48,046 bases of DNA from Candidatus Woesearchaeota archaeon (lineage in GTDB: Archaea > Nanobdellota > Nanobdellia > Woesearchaeales > GW2011-AR9). The translations under genes were made by a program, and so were the position numbers. Positions 1 through 10,119 of this stretch are shown one piece after another. The stretch's first letter is position 1. Every line of letters begins with the position of its first letter. A model generated the notes under the pieces. The model had not been told where the DNA came from. It worked only from the letters and a program-made list of their open reading frames with translations, and did no database searches. The DNA lies in NCBI GenBank assembly GCA_018670095.1, contig JABHRR010000029.1, positions 1 through 48,046 of the forward strand. The letters are read 5' to 3'.

Positions 1-138
1 AGACTACTTTTTTTTAAATACTTCTAAGGATTTTAGGGTTTTATAAAGAAAAAAAGGGCATTTTAATTATGGTCACTCGAAAGTATATATTGGAAAGGCG
101 TAAAAAACACCCTTAACCTATATATCCCATAATAAAAG

Positions 139-250
139 TGGCCCCGCCGAGATTTGAACTCGGGACTTCACGATGTCTAGACCATACTTGATATATCAGT
201 TTCGCATCCAATAATGGAACGTGCGCTCTACCAAGCTAAGCCACGGGGCC
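139..250 (-). tRNA. tRNA-Ile(GAT) with two 19-nt introns (30/31 at 201..219; canonical 37/38 at 175..193)
   Basis: Acceptor stem GGCCCCG/CGGGGCC-A, D arm GCTT..GAGC, T arm CCGAG-TTCAAAT-CTCGG. Removing both introns gives a perfect anticodon arm CACGA-CT-GAT-AA-TCGTG. Both introns fold into bulge-helix-bulge motifs. Confidence 0.88.
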
Positions 251-327
251 GTAATCAAGCAAAATCTACTCTTCTTTAAAAAGATTACGGCCTGTTCTTA
301 GAAAATCGATTCGTTACTTCTATTATT

Positions 328-1122
328 TCACCATTCTTCAAAAACTTCTTCACTTCCATTAGGATGAATATAAACCACCTTACTTGAAGAATCAATACGA
401 CTAAAAGTTACATTAGCTAAATCTCTATTATCAAATTTATAAGTAGCACCTACAGTTGATTCTGGTATATGTACTTCACCTTTTTTCTGTCCTAAAAAAG
501 TAAAAGTACAATCTTTAGATCCAATACCAACATGTGAACCAATCTTTCCTCTGAAGATATATTGACAATGTTTTGAATCATTTCCTGTATCATAACCACA
601 ATCACCATGAATATCAAAAACGGTATGTTGTGAATTGTTTCCCACACAATTACCTATATTCCCATAAATATTTACTTTTAAAGATTTATTTGCATCGATA
701 CTTCTAAGAAGCATGGGAAGCCCAGATATTGGTTTTAAGTTTTGCACATCAAAATTAAATTCCTGTTGTTTAGAATCATGTAAACCTAATAACATTAGTC
801 TACTGATAAAAAATCCAGTATTTTTAGTATATCCAGGATGGTCTTCATAAATAGCTGTCATTTGTAAAAATCTATTTATCTCTTTCGGATTCAATAATTC
901 TTGAGTCCTAAGTAAAGATGAATTATATTTTTCAATTCGATTAACATACCAATAATTTAAATTTGCTCCATCAGCTTTATCTAAAAATTCACCATATTGA
1001 TTAAGTAATGATTTAAACTTATTCTCACCAACAACTTCTACACCACTTTCACTTTCTATACCTTGAGCAGTGTGACCACTAAGCGACTCTTCCAATGATC
1101 GCTTCTTCAGTGCTGGATTCAT
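328..1122 (-). CDS. Leader-bearing GXGXG beta-helix paralog 13 (last gene of operon)
   Basis: N-terminal LKKRSLEESLSGHTAQGIESE leader; TGFFISRL helical motif; repeated (I/V)xGx(I/C)Gxxx(G) rungs; C-terminal YIHPNGSEEV. Confidence 0.85.
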   Translation of the reverse strand: MNPALKKRSLEESLSGHTAQGIESESGVEVVGENKFKSLLNQYGEFLDKADGANLNYWYVNRIEKYNSSLLRTQELLNPKEINRFLQMTAIYEDHPGYTKNTGFFISRLMLLGLHDSKQQEFNFDVQNLKPISGLPMLLRSIDANKSLKVNIYGNIGNCVGNNSQHTVFDIHGDCGYDTGNDSKHCQYIFRGKIGSHVGIGSKDCTFTFLGQKKGEVHIPESTVGATYKFDNRDLANVTFSRIDSSSKVVYIHPNGSEEVFEEW

Positions 1123-1904
1123 TTTGAATAGCTCCTCACTACTTCTTCTTTACCATTAGAATGAATATATACGATTCTATTTCCACTACAAACTTCATCT
1201 AATAAAATGTTTAATGTTTTTTTATTCGGAGTTTTGAATGTATTCGAAAGCAGGTGATTAGAATAAGATCTAGAATGATCTTCTCCATTTAAAACAAAGG
1301 TGCACCTTTCTGAATCATGTCCTATTTGAATACCAGAATTACCATTAATGATAAATTTAGAATTTTTAGCCCCCATTCCACATAGGCCCCTTACATTTCC
1401 ATTGATACAAAAAACCCCGTATTCAACATCTTGAAAAGGTTCGTAACCTAAATCACCAACAACATTTACTTTAATTTGTTTTCTTTCCTTTCCTTTCAGA
1501 AAAGATCCAAATTGATCAATTGGATTTAAACCGCTAATATCAAAATTAAATGTTCTGTGTCCTTTGTGATAGCTATTTCTAATAAGCCTACTAATTAAAA
1601 ATCCAGTATTTGGATTGTATAAATCCATATTTTCATAACAAACACATAATTGTAAAAATTTATTTATGTTTTTTGGAGTTAAAGTTTCTGTTATTTTCCA
1701 AGTAGCAATTGCATGTTTTTCATTGAAATCATCATCATTTATAACAGAAGGAAGCTTTGTTTTTAAGAACCGCTCACCTTTTCTTAATAGTTCTTTAAAT
1801 TCACCTTCACCAACAACTTCTACTCTACTTTCACTTTCAATAACCTGAGCAGTGTGATCACTAAGAGAATCTTCCAATGACTTCTTCTTTAATGTTGATT
1901 TCAT
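1119..1904 (-). CDS. Leader-bearing GXGXG beta-helix paralog 12
   Basis: Leader LKKKSLEDSLSDHT; VVGDLG/INGNVRG/INGNSG rungs; ATGA overlaps with neighbours. Confidence 0.85.
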   Translation of the reverse strand: MKSTLKKKSLEDSLSDHTAQVIESESRVEVVGEGEFKELLRKGERFLKTKLPSVINDDDFNEKHAIATWKITETLTPKNINKFLQLCVCYENMDLYNPNTGFLISRLIRNSYHKGHRTFNFDISGLNPIDQFGSFLKGKERKQIKVNVVGDLGYEPFQDVEYGVFCINGNVRGLCGMGAKNSKFIINGNSGIQIGHDSERCTFVLNGEDHSRSYSNHLLSNTFKTPNKKTLNILLDEVCSGNRIVYIHSNGKEEVVRSYSK

Positions 1905-2683
1905 GAATAATCCCTCACAACTTCTTCTCTTCCATCTGGATTGATAAAAACTACTTTATTATATGATCTAGGTTTGACTCCATTTTCCCGGTCCAGTAAT
2001 TTCTTTAACAAATCTTCATCAGCAGTTTTGAATATGTTATCACTCATATTATATCCAAAAGATTGAAAATCCCCTTCAATCCTAACAGTTGAATCCGTCA
2101 GATTATCAAATGCGTAAAAACCAATATTTCCTCGAACATATATTTCTGAATCTTTAACACAAGCTCCAAAAAAAGAATCAGCATTTCCTTCAAAATTAAT
2201 TCTACACTTCTCAGAACCCCAAGCAAAATTAGAATCAACATTTCCTACAACATTAACAACTAAAGGATAACCAAGATCTCTATCTCTTAATTCTAAACAA
2301 ACTTCATTTAAAGGAGGTAAGTCAACAAGATCTATCTGGTAATTATTATGTCCAGCAATAAACGCATTATCAACCAACTTGCTGATAAAACATCCCAGAT
2401 AGCTGTAATAATTCTCATTATCTTTTAAATGTGGAGTTGCCTGTAAAAAAGCATTTAGTTCATGATTACTTAAAACATAAGGGATTCCTTGAAAGTAAGC
2501 TTCATCTAATTCAAGACGCTCACCTACAGGAATATCCCCTTCTAAAAACTTTTCAAAATTCTCAAGAACTTCAACAAGAACATTCTCACCAACAGTCTTA
2601 ATTCCACTCTCACTTTCAACTACTTGAGCAGTGTGTCCACTAAGCGACTCTTCCAATGACTTCTTCTTCAATGCTGTATTCAT
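1901..2683 (-). CDS. Leader-bearing GXGXG beta-helix paralog 11 (subfamily B)
   Basis: Leader; highly similar to 8441..9226 and 10116..10901. Confidence 0.85.
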   Translation of the reverse strand: MNTALKKKSLEESLSGHTAQVVESESGIKTVGENVLVEVLENFEKFLEGDIPVGERLELDEAYFQGIPYVLSNHELNAFLQATPHLKDNENYYSYLGCFISKLVDNAFIAGHNNYQIDLVDLPPLNEVCLELRDRDLGYPLVVNVVGNVDSNFAWGSEKCRINFEGNADSFFGACVKDSEIYVRGNIGFYAFDNLTDSTVRIEGDFQSFGYNMSDNIFKTADEDLLKKLLDRENGVKPRSYNKVVFINPDGREEVVRDYS

Positions 2684-2684
2684 T

Positions 2685-3632
2685 TTAGTAGTCCTTCACC
2701 ATTTCTTCTCTTCCATCAGAATGTAAATAAATAATCTTATTTTTTGAAGGTCTCCCTCTCACTTCTTTTATAAAACTAAAACTTCCTTCGAGAAAAGCAG
2801 GTATATCTTTAATTAAAGCCTTTAATGATTTACGAGATGATGTTGAAAACTCACAATTTCCCATTATTCTTTTTTGATACTCACTCTGCTCTTTATTAAC
2901 TAAGTAATCCCCCTGGATTTCATATGAAGAATTATGAGAATTTTGTCCAATCCGAGGGCCTACAGTTTGTTTTAAAACATACTTACCAGACATAGAATCT
3001 GTACCACAAGAATGAGCAACATTTCCTTCTACAACAAATTCACAATTTTGTGTTCCATGCCCTAAATAAAAATCAGCATGACCTTCAATATGAAATGTAG
3101 ATTTCTTAGAGAATCTACCAAAGCTAGAGCCTACATCTCCATACAAATGAACATCGACCCTTTCAAGACTATTAAATCCGTGACCATCACCATTATATTT
3201 TAAAGACATTCTCCTATCTTCCCCAGTTACACTTTGTAGTCCCCAAAACATTCCGTTTATAGGCCTAGTTAAACAATCTCCAGACAATTCAAATCCATTA
3301 TGTCCTTCTTTAAATGAATCATACAATAACCTAGTAAGTTGTGCTGCAAATAAAGGGTCAAAGTCAGGATCATCTTGATAATGTGAAGCAACTTCGAAAA
3401 ATAATTTAATTTCATCAGGAGTGAGAACACCCAATTCTTCTGCTTTAGATCGATGTTTATATTGAACATCAGTTTGTACAAGTAATTCACCTAAATTCTC
3501 TCGGAAAAAATTTAATTGTTTACTTAAGTTAGTATTTCCAGGAGTCTCTAAAGTTCTTACCACTTCAACAACCTGAGCAGTGTGACCACTAAGCGACTCT
3601 TCCAATGACTTCTTCTTCAGTGCTGTTTTCAT
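2685..3632 (-). CDS. Leader-bearing GXGXG beta-helix paralog 10
   Basis: Start moved from 3659 to ATG 3632 (MKTALKKKSLEESLSGHT) to match paralogs; about 6 GDVG/GNVA-type rungs. Confidence 0.85.
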   Translation of the reverse strand: MKTALKKKSLEESLSGHTAQVVEVVRTLETPGNTNLSKQLNFFRENLGELLVQTDVQYKHRSKAEELGVLTPDEIKLFFEVASHYQDDPDFDPLFAAQLTRLLYDSFKEGHNGFELSGDCLTRPINGMFWGLQSVTGEDRRMSLKYNGDGHGFNSLERVDVHLYGDVGSSFGRFSKKSTFHIEGHADFYLGHGTQNCEFVVEGNVAHSCGTDSMSGKYVLKQTVGPRIGQNSHNSSYEIQGDYLVNKEQSEYQKRIMGNCEFSTSSRKSLKALIKDIPAFLEGSFSFIKEVRGRPSKNKIIYLHSDGREEMVKDY

Positions 3633-3633
3633 T

Positions 3634-4512
3634 TTATATTTCGAATATCTTTTCCTCATTACCTTTTGATTTAACTAAATAAACAGAAATCCCTCGAGGA
3701 GAATTATTATCGGGCTTTTCTTTATTTAAAGATTTTATAGCGATATGTGCTGAAGTTTCATCATAAAATTTAAACACACTATCTTTTGCTTCGCGACCAA
3801 TATACGGTATAAAATCTGTATCTATTTTTCCATGTAAAACAAAAGTACACCTTTCAGACATTAAACCCATTTGTTGTCCAGTATTCCCATAAATCTCAAA
3901 ATGACATCTTTTTGCATTATCACCAAGTTGGTATCCACTATCTCCATGTATTTCAAAAACAGAATCTTCTGAAAATGAACCCATAATCGAAATACTTTGA
4001 CCAAGACAACTTTTTATAATAGCTCTAACATTTTTAGCATATCCAAAACCACCACGTATTCCTTCTACATTTATTGATAAAGGATGATCTTTTGTGCCTT
4101 TTAAAGTCGTACCGACAAAATCTAAACCATTTTTTCTATTATCAAAATTAACATAAATATCTTCTAAATCTAATTCAAAATTATTGAATCCATGATTATA
4201 ACTTCTTTGGATTAAAGCAGATAAAAAATTACCACTGCTTCTAAAATGTTTATGATCAGTATGTGCTTGAAGTAAAGATGGAACTTTAGTAATATCTTCT
4301 GAAGTGATTATATCTTCGCCAATAAGTTTAGAAAGTACATACTGAGGGATACCAAATCTACTGCATTCTTCTAACCATTTAGTATAACCTCGATAAATGT
4401 TTGTTAATATAGAATCACCAACAACTTCCACTCCATTCTCACTTTCAATAGTACCACTAGTGTGATCACTAAGCGACTCTTCCAATGACTTCTTCTTCAA
4501 TGCTGTATTCAT
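3634..4512 (-). CDS. Leader-bearing GXGXG beta-helix paralog 9
   Basis: Leader; GNFLSALIQ motif; IHGDSG/IYGNTG rungs. Confidence 0.85.
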   Translation of the reverse strand: MNTALKKKSLEESLSDHTSGTIESENGVEVVGDSILTNIYRGYTKWLEECSRFGIPQYVLSKLIGEDIITSEDITKVPSLLQAHTDHKHFRSSGNFLSALIQRSYNHGFNNFELDLEDIYVNFDNRKNGLDFVGTTLKGTKDHPLSINVEGIRGGFGYAKNVRAIIKSCLGQSISIMGSFSEDSVFEIHGDSGYQLGDNAKRCHFEIYGNTGQQMGLMSERCTFVLHGKIDTDFIPYIGREAKDSVFKFYDETSAHIAIKSLNKEKPDNNSPRGISVYLVKSKGNEEKIFEI

Positions 4513-5633
4513 TCTGAATAATCCCTCACGAGTTCAAACTCTCCTTTACTATTTTGAAAAATAATTTTTCCACTTCTTAATTTCCATTTAGAATTGTAGG
4601 CTTCAGAAGAATTAACACATTTTTCAAGTAAAGATTTATTTGGAGTAATAAATGTAGAATTGTTTCCTATAAAAGAAGGGATTTTTTCAGATTCTCCATT
4701 AAGATAAAGTGTGCTTTCTTTAGCACAAATCATCATACTTCCTCCGACATTTCCTTTAATATGATAAAGAGATGATTTTGCTCCAAGACCAACATCTCCA
4801 GGAATATCTCCTTCAACATAAAATTGGCAACTAACAGAAGGGTTGTTTACATCATGTGGTCCAAGAGAACCCCCGTTACCTTTTAACACAAATAAACTAT
4901 TTTTAGCACTTGTACCAACATAATTTCCGAAATCACCATCTAAAAAATATGAGGAATTAGAAGAACCGTTACCTAAATTAATTCCAGTATTACTTTTCAA
5001 ATGAAAAATTGAATCTTTTGCTCCAGATCCAAGATAAGCACAAGTATCTCCTTCAATGAAAAAAACACAATTCTTTGAACTCTTAGCAGTAGAATGTTCA
5101 AATTTTCCTTTGAGGTTAAGGATTGAATTTTCTAAGAAACTAAATGAATCTTTTGAAAAATCCCCTTGAGCAGATAAAACTAAAGGATTATCTTTTCGAC
5201 CTTTTAAAAATGAGAAAGCCAAAGGTTCTTTAAATGTTCCTAGGAAGTCAAACTTAAAATTATTATGTCCACAATTATAACTATGTTGAACTAACCTTGA
5301 TAAAGTCAAATCAAGTTCATAAAATCTTTTTCCTTCATCAATATTCTGGGCCACAACTAAAGTTGAAAACGCAGAAAGCTCCATTGGAGTAAGTAACGGT
5401 GTAAATTTATGTTCTCCACAAACAAATTTTTCACGCATGCTTTTATTTTTACGAAATGATGGTGTGAAACCTGATGAAAGGTTTACTAACATTTCATGAA
5501 CCATAAAAGCATCCATTATATTAGATTCCCTAACGGGTTTAATGGTTTCAACTTTACCCTCACTTTCAATAACCTGAGCAGTGTGACCACTAAGAGATTC
5601 TTCCAATGACTTCTTCTTCAATGCTGTATTCAT
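4509..5633 (-). CDS. Leader-bearing GXGXG beta-helix paralog 8 (longest, most rungs)
   Basis: Start moved to ATG 5633 (MNTALKKK); about 9 rungs of about 19 aa. Confidence 0.85.
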   Translation of the reverse strand: MNTALKKKSLEESLSGHTAQVIESEGKVETIKPVRESNIMDAFMVHEMLVNLSSGFTPSFRKNKSMREKFVCGEHKFTPLLTPMELSAFSTLVVAQNIDEGKRFYELDLTLSRLVQHSYNCGHNNFKFDFLGTFKEPLAFSFLKGRKDNPLVLSAQGDFSKDSFSFLENSILNLKGKFEHSTAKSSKNCVFFIEGDTCAYLGSGAKDSIFHLKSNTGINLGNGSSNSSYFLDGDFGNYVGTSAKNSLFVLKGNGGSLGPHDVNNPSVSCQFYVEGDIPGDVGLGAKSSLYHIKGNVGGSMMICAKESTLYLNGESEKIPSFIGNNSTFITPNKSLLEKCVNSSEAYNSKWKLRSGKIIFQNSKGEFELVRDYSE

Positions 5634-5634
5634 T

Positions 5635-7545
5635 TTATCCATAAAACGTAGACTCTATTTTATCATCATCAGGAACAATTCTTCTGGCAGCACCAACTGC
5701 TAAACCTCGCAAATCTGTAGGTTTGTCAACTGGGATAATCTGCGTGTTAGGTAAAGTTGCTTCCGTCCAAATTTTGTAATCAGAAGAGTTGTCGATAAGG
5801 AAAATTGTATTCCTTGTAACGTCAGCTAAACTGTTAAGATAACCCACAACCTCGTCAATGTTAGCTATACCCCCATCGGTAATTAAGAAATTGTCGACTT
5901 TTTCATAAGTCTCTTTAATTCTACCGCGAAGATTCAGTTCAAGGTCCTTATCAACAAACTCCTTCTGTTTTTCTGGTGATAATGATCCTAAAAAATGTTC
6001 ATATTCTTGTTCTGTTGTAAAATATCTTGGCATATCTCTTACATCAGAATGAGCAACTCGTTCCATATACTCTTTGATTTTAGGAATATTCAAAGCAGTA
6101 CCTCCATTCCAAAAAGCACACATCATTGAATAAAAATCATTAAGTTCTCTGGTAGGCATTAAGAAAGCTGTATCAACTGAAAAATTAACAGCACCAACCT
6201 TAGCACCATTATTATGATAATTCCTCCCTAAAATAAAACCTGCCAACACTGCATTTGAACCATTACGAGGATCTTCCATCGATCCAGAACTATCAATGAT
6301 AACATTTGCATTTGGAACTTTGTACAACCTATCTCTTTTGTGACTCTGTTTTAATTTCTTTCTTCTAGTAATGGAAGGTAATATTCTTCCACCAGTTGAA
6401 AATGGATCTAAAGTTTTAATTGCATCACCTACCCTAAATCTTTCTGAACCTTCAGGGAAAGAATCAGTAGAGTCAACAACAATTGGTTTTTTATGAATAA
6501 ACATACCATATGTTGCAGCTAACCTTTCATAATATCCAATCTGATCATCATTATTTTTTAAATCAGAACTTCCTAAACCAATACCTTTACCTTTACTTTT
6601 AGGTGGAGTACGATCAAAATTTTTTCCAGTCTGTCTTTCAACATATTCTTTAACTCGTTCATATCGACCTTTATTCTTCCCTCGAATAATTGAATCTAAT
6701 CCGTCTTCTATTTGTTCATCAGTAAAATCTCCGATATTAATTGGTCTACCCATAACAGTGCCCTCACCTTGACCACTACCACTACCGCCTCCACCATTTT
6801 GCATAGATTTAGGTAAAATATTTTTACGTTTCTCTAAGACGTCCATGATATAATTACCAAACAAAATGAAGTTCTGTAAATTAGCACTTTCATCACCAAA
6901 ATCTAAAGTCATTAGTTGAGACAATTTTTCTTGGAAATATTCGTCATCTACATGAACTCCTAAGTCTTCTTTTGTTTGTTCTTGATAATATGAAATTAAT
7001 AATCTGTCAATAGAATACCTTTTCAAATCTTCCATAACTTGCTCAGGATCTTTTGAATGTTGTCTAAGTACTTCTTTTTGTTTTTCTGTAAAATCTTCTT
7101 CCTTTTCAATTAATAGGTTGAACCCTTTATACAATTCTCTAACGTCCTTTCCAGTTTTTTCTTTTAATATCTGTGGTAAGTTATCTTTCAAATCTACCCA
7201 GTATGCTAATACATCTTTAGCATATTCCCCGAATGAAGATTCAGCTAAATGTCCTAAAAACATTAGTTCTGCACATTCTCTTGGATAGTGAACGTAATGG
7301 CCAACTTCGTGTTTATAAATTCCTGCCAAAGCAGTTTCTGGATCCATTTCTCCATGTTCAACTAGTTGATCTAAAAATTCTTTAGAAACATGAGTTTCGT
7401 TTGTTTTGAAATCAAAGTAGGCAGTACCTATTCCTTCAATTTTATCTTCTAATTTAATATGTGGATATACTAAAGGATTGTAAAACTCGTGTAATACTCG
7501 AGGTGCAATTACTTTAGCTAATTCTTCCCATGTTATTTCAGTCAT
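5635..7545 (-). CDS. Zincin-like (HEXXH) N-terminal domain + C-terminal VWA domain; MoxR partner
   Basis: YKHEVGHY motif; Gly-rich linker GGGGSGSGQGEG; MIDAS motif IIDSSGSM...GGT...LITDG. Confidence 0.85.
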   Translation of the reverse strand: MTEITWEELAKVIAPRVLHEFYNPLVYPHIKLEDKIEGIGTAYFDFKTNETHVSKEFLDQLVEHGEMDPETALAGIYKHEVGHYVHYPRECAELMFLGHLAESSFGEYAKDVLAYWVDLKDNLPQILKEKTGKDVRELYKGFNLLIEKEEDFTEKQKEVLRQHSKDPEQVMEDLKRYSIDRLLISYYQEQTKEDLGVHVDDEYFQEKLSQLMTLDFGDESANLQNFILFGNYIMDVLEKRKNILPKSMQNGGGGSGSGQGEGTVMGRPINIGDFTDEQIEDGLDSIIRGKNKGRYERVKEYVERQTGKNFDRTPPKSKGKGIGLGSSDLKNNDDQIGYYERLAATYGMFIHKKPIVVDSTDSFPEGSERFRVGDAIKTLDPFSTGGRILPSITRRKKLKQSHKRDRLYKVPNANVIIDSSGSMEDPRNGSNAVLAGFILGRNYHNNGAKVGAVNFSVDTAFLMPTRELNDFYSMMCAFWNGGTALNIPKIKEYMERVAHSDVRDMPRYFTTEQEYEHFLGSLSPEKQKEFVDKDLELNLRGRIKETYEKVDNFLITDGGIANIDEVVGYLNSLADVTRNTIFLIDNSSDYKIWTEATLPNTQIIPVDKPTDLRGLAVGAARRIVPDDDKIESTFYG

Positions 7546-8444
7546 TTTGAAACCTCCTGTAATTTTCCATCTTCTAATTCTCTGTATATTTTATGTCCAT
7601 GTCCAAAAAAAAGATGATTTAATAAATACTCTATAACATTCTCATTAGGAGATATAAATTTACAATTTTGTGCATTAAAATCTCCAACCCAATAATCACC
7701 CACTAGATCTCCACCAATTCTAAAAGTTGAATCTTTAGCTTGTTTAGCAAGATAATGACTACTTACATTTCCTCTCAAGTCAAAATAAGATTGTGAAGAA
7801 TTATATCCGAAACTGTAATCTATATTTCCATCTACAATAAATTTAGATTGACTAGAACTATTGCCCATTGCACCTTCAGCATTACCTTCTATGTGGTGTA
7901 AACTATTTTTTGCCCCAAAACCAAAACCATAACCTACATCTCCTTTAACAACAACATCGAGATAATGGCACCCCCTCAAAAGGTTAATACTATTACTTAC
8001 ATTCCTAAATGTAATTTTTGTTCTTTCTGATTCATCATTATTTACGTTGCCCCATATGTTTCCGAAAGGATTATGTTGTCCAAAACCCTGCAAATCAAAT
8101 TCAAACTCCCTATAACCTGCATCTCTGCTTCCATGAATAACTTCTTTGAAAAAACCACTAAATATTTCTGCATAATTTCTTTCATCCATAAAAACTTTAG
8201 ATGCATCTAAAAATAATGCAGCTTCTTCAGAAGTAAGTGCTCCAACTGTTTCTCTTAGTTGAAAAGCTATTAATGAAACTTTAAAACCACGTTTAAAATA
8301 ATCAAAGTATTCTTCAGCTACTCTCAAATATTCAGTGACTTTATTATTTCCAACAACTTCTATTACTTTTCTTTCTTCAACCTGAGTAGTGTGACCACTA
8401 AGAGAATCTTCTAATGACTTCTTCTTCAATTTTATTTTTTTCAT
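7542..8444 (-). CDS. Leader-bearing GXGXG beta-helix paralog 7 (subfamily C)
   Basis: Leader MKKIKLKKKSLEDSLSGHT; similar to 9223..10119, including C-terminal RELEDGKLQEV. Confidence 0.85.
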   Translation of the reverse strand: MKKIKLKKKSLEDSLSGHTTQVEERKVIEVVGNNKVTEYLRVAEEYFDYFKRGFKVSLIAFQLRETVGALTSEEAALFLDASKVFMDERNYAEIFSGFFKEVIHGSRDAGYREFEFDLQGFGQHNPFGNIWGNVNNDESERTKITFRNVSNSINLLRGCHYLDVVVKGDVGYGFGFGAKNSLHHIEGNAEGAMGNSSSQSKFIVDGNIDYSFGYNSSQSYFDLRGNVSSHYLAKQAKDSTFRIGGDLVGDYWVGDFNAQNCKFISPNENVIEYLLNHLFFGHGHKIYRELEDGKLQEVSK

Positions 8445-9226
8445 GAGTAATCCCTCACCAGTTCTTCTGTTCCATCTGGTTTGATAAAAATAACTTTATT
8501 ATCTGATCCAAGTTTTATCCCAGATTTGCTGTCCAGTAATTTCTTCAACAGATATTCATCAGCAGTTTTGAATATACTGCCATCAATGTTATATCCAAGA
8601 TTTTGGAAATCTCCTTCAATCCTAACGATTGAACCTGATATTTCCTCAAATGCGTCAGAACCCATATTTCCTCGAGCATATATCTCTGAATCTTTAACAT
8701 TAGCACAAAAATAGTGATTAGCATTTCCTTCAAAATTAATTCTACACTTCTCAGCACCCCAAGCAAAATCAGAACCAACATTTCCTACTACATTAACAAC
8801 TAAAGGATAACCAAGGTCTCTATCTCTTAATTCTAAACAAACTTCATCTAAAGGAGGTAAGTCAACAAGATCTATCTGGTAATTATTATGTCCTGCAATA
8901 AACGCATTATCAACTAACTTACTGATAAAATATCCCAGATATCTTTTATAATCCTCATTATCTTTTAAATGCGGAGTTGCCTGTAAAAAAGCATTTAGTT
9001 CATGATTACTTAAAACATAAGGGATTCCTTGAAAGTATTTTTCATCTAATTCAAAAGGCACATCTTCAGGAATATCTCTTTCTAAAAACTTTTCAAAATT
9101 CTCAAGAACTTCAACAAGAACATTCTCACCAACAACTTCAACTCTTCTTTCACTTTCAATAACACCACTAGTGTGACTACTAAGAGATTCTTCCAACGAC
9201 TTCTTCTTCAATGCTAATTCATTCAT
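8441..9226 (-). CDS. Leader-bearing GXGXG beta-helix paralog 6 (subfamily B)
   Basis: Leader; close copy of 10116..10901 and 1901..2683. Confidence 0.85.
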   Translation of the reverse strand: MNELALKKKSLEESLSSHTSGVIESERRVEVVGENVLVEVLENFEKFLERDIPEDVPFELDEKYFQGIPYVLSNHELNAFLQATPHLKDNEDYKRYLGYFISKLVDNAFIAGHNNYQIDLVDLPPLDEVCLELRDRDLGYPLVVNVVGNVGSDFAWGAEKCRINFEGNANHYFCANVKDSEIYARGNMGSDAFEEISGSIVRIEGDFQNLGYNIDGSIFKTADEYLLKKLLDSKSGIKLGSDNKVIFIKPDGTEELVRDYS

Positions 9227-10119
9227 CTTGTAACCTCCTGTAATTTGCCGTCTTCTAATTCTCTAAAGATTCTATTCTCCTGACCCCTAGGGACTCTATC
9301 ATAAAATGATTTTATAACTTCTTCATTAGGAGATATAAATTTACAAATTCGAGATTCTTTTCCTATTTTATAATCTCTAGAAAGATCTTCAATTCTAAAA
9401 GTCGAATGGTCAGATTTATTAGCAAGACAAAAACCATTTACTTTTCCTCTTAAATCAAAATAACAATCTGAAGATTTATATCCACAATTATGATCTACAT
9501 CTCCTTCAACAAAAAACTTAGAACTTACAGCTGTATGTCCAAGACCGTATGATGCTTTTCCTTTTATATGGGCATTAGAAACCTTAAAAAGGTATGCAAA
9601 GTTTTTTCCAACATCCCCTTCAACAATAGCTTCAACATAACTACTAGCAATAAAAATATCTTTAGGCAAAGCATAGCTTTTAATTTTAATTTTTAATTTA
9701 GGACCCGGATGTTCTTTACCTTCTAAAGCAAAAATAGGTGTTGCATCATCTTTTCCAAACAAACTTAAATCAAATTCAAAATCATTATGTCCCGCCCCAT
9801 AACTGGTCTGAATAACCCTCCTAAAAAATTCACCAAAAATATTGTCAGGATCTTTTTCATTTACATATGCTAAAGATGCCTGTAATAATATTTCAGCTTC
9901 TCCAGGCGTAAGAATTCCTAACAGACCTTTAAGTTTTTCATACCTAGCTCTTACAATTGAACCTAGACCTTCATCCAAAAAACTTTCAAATACTTTTAGA
10001 TGTAATCCTACTTTACTATCTCCAGCAACTTCTACTCCTTTCTTATCTTCAACTTGAGCAGTGTGACCACTAAGAGATTCTTCTAAACTTTTACCTTTCT
10101 TCAATTTTATTTTTTTCAT
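9223..10119 (-). CDS. Leader-bearing GXGXG beta-helix paralog 5 (subfamily C)
   Basis: Leader MKKIKLKKGKSLEESLSGHT; similar to 7542..8444. Confidence 0.85.
   Translation of the reverse strand: MKKIKLKKGKSLEESLSGHTAQVEDKKGVEVAGDSKVGLHLKVFESFLDEGLGSIVRARYEKLKGLLGILTPGEAEILLQASLAYVNEKDPDNIFGEFFRRVIQTSYGAGHNDFEFDLSLFGKDDATPIFALEGKEHPGPKLKIKIKSYALPKDIFIASSYVEAIVEGDVGKNFAYLFKVSNAHIKGKASYGLGHTAVSSKFFVEGDVDHNCGYKSSDCYFDLRGKVNGFCLANKSDHSTFRIEDLSRDYKIGKESRICKFISPNEEVIKSFYDRVPRGQENRIFRELEDGKLQEVTR

Noticed and set aside
201-222. tRNA-Trp(CCA), tRNA-Met(CAT) or tRNA-Val(GAC) reading
   Set aside because: These triplets lie in BHB-bounded introns and give defective anticodon arms; the double-spliced Ile(GAT) arm is perfect.
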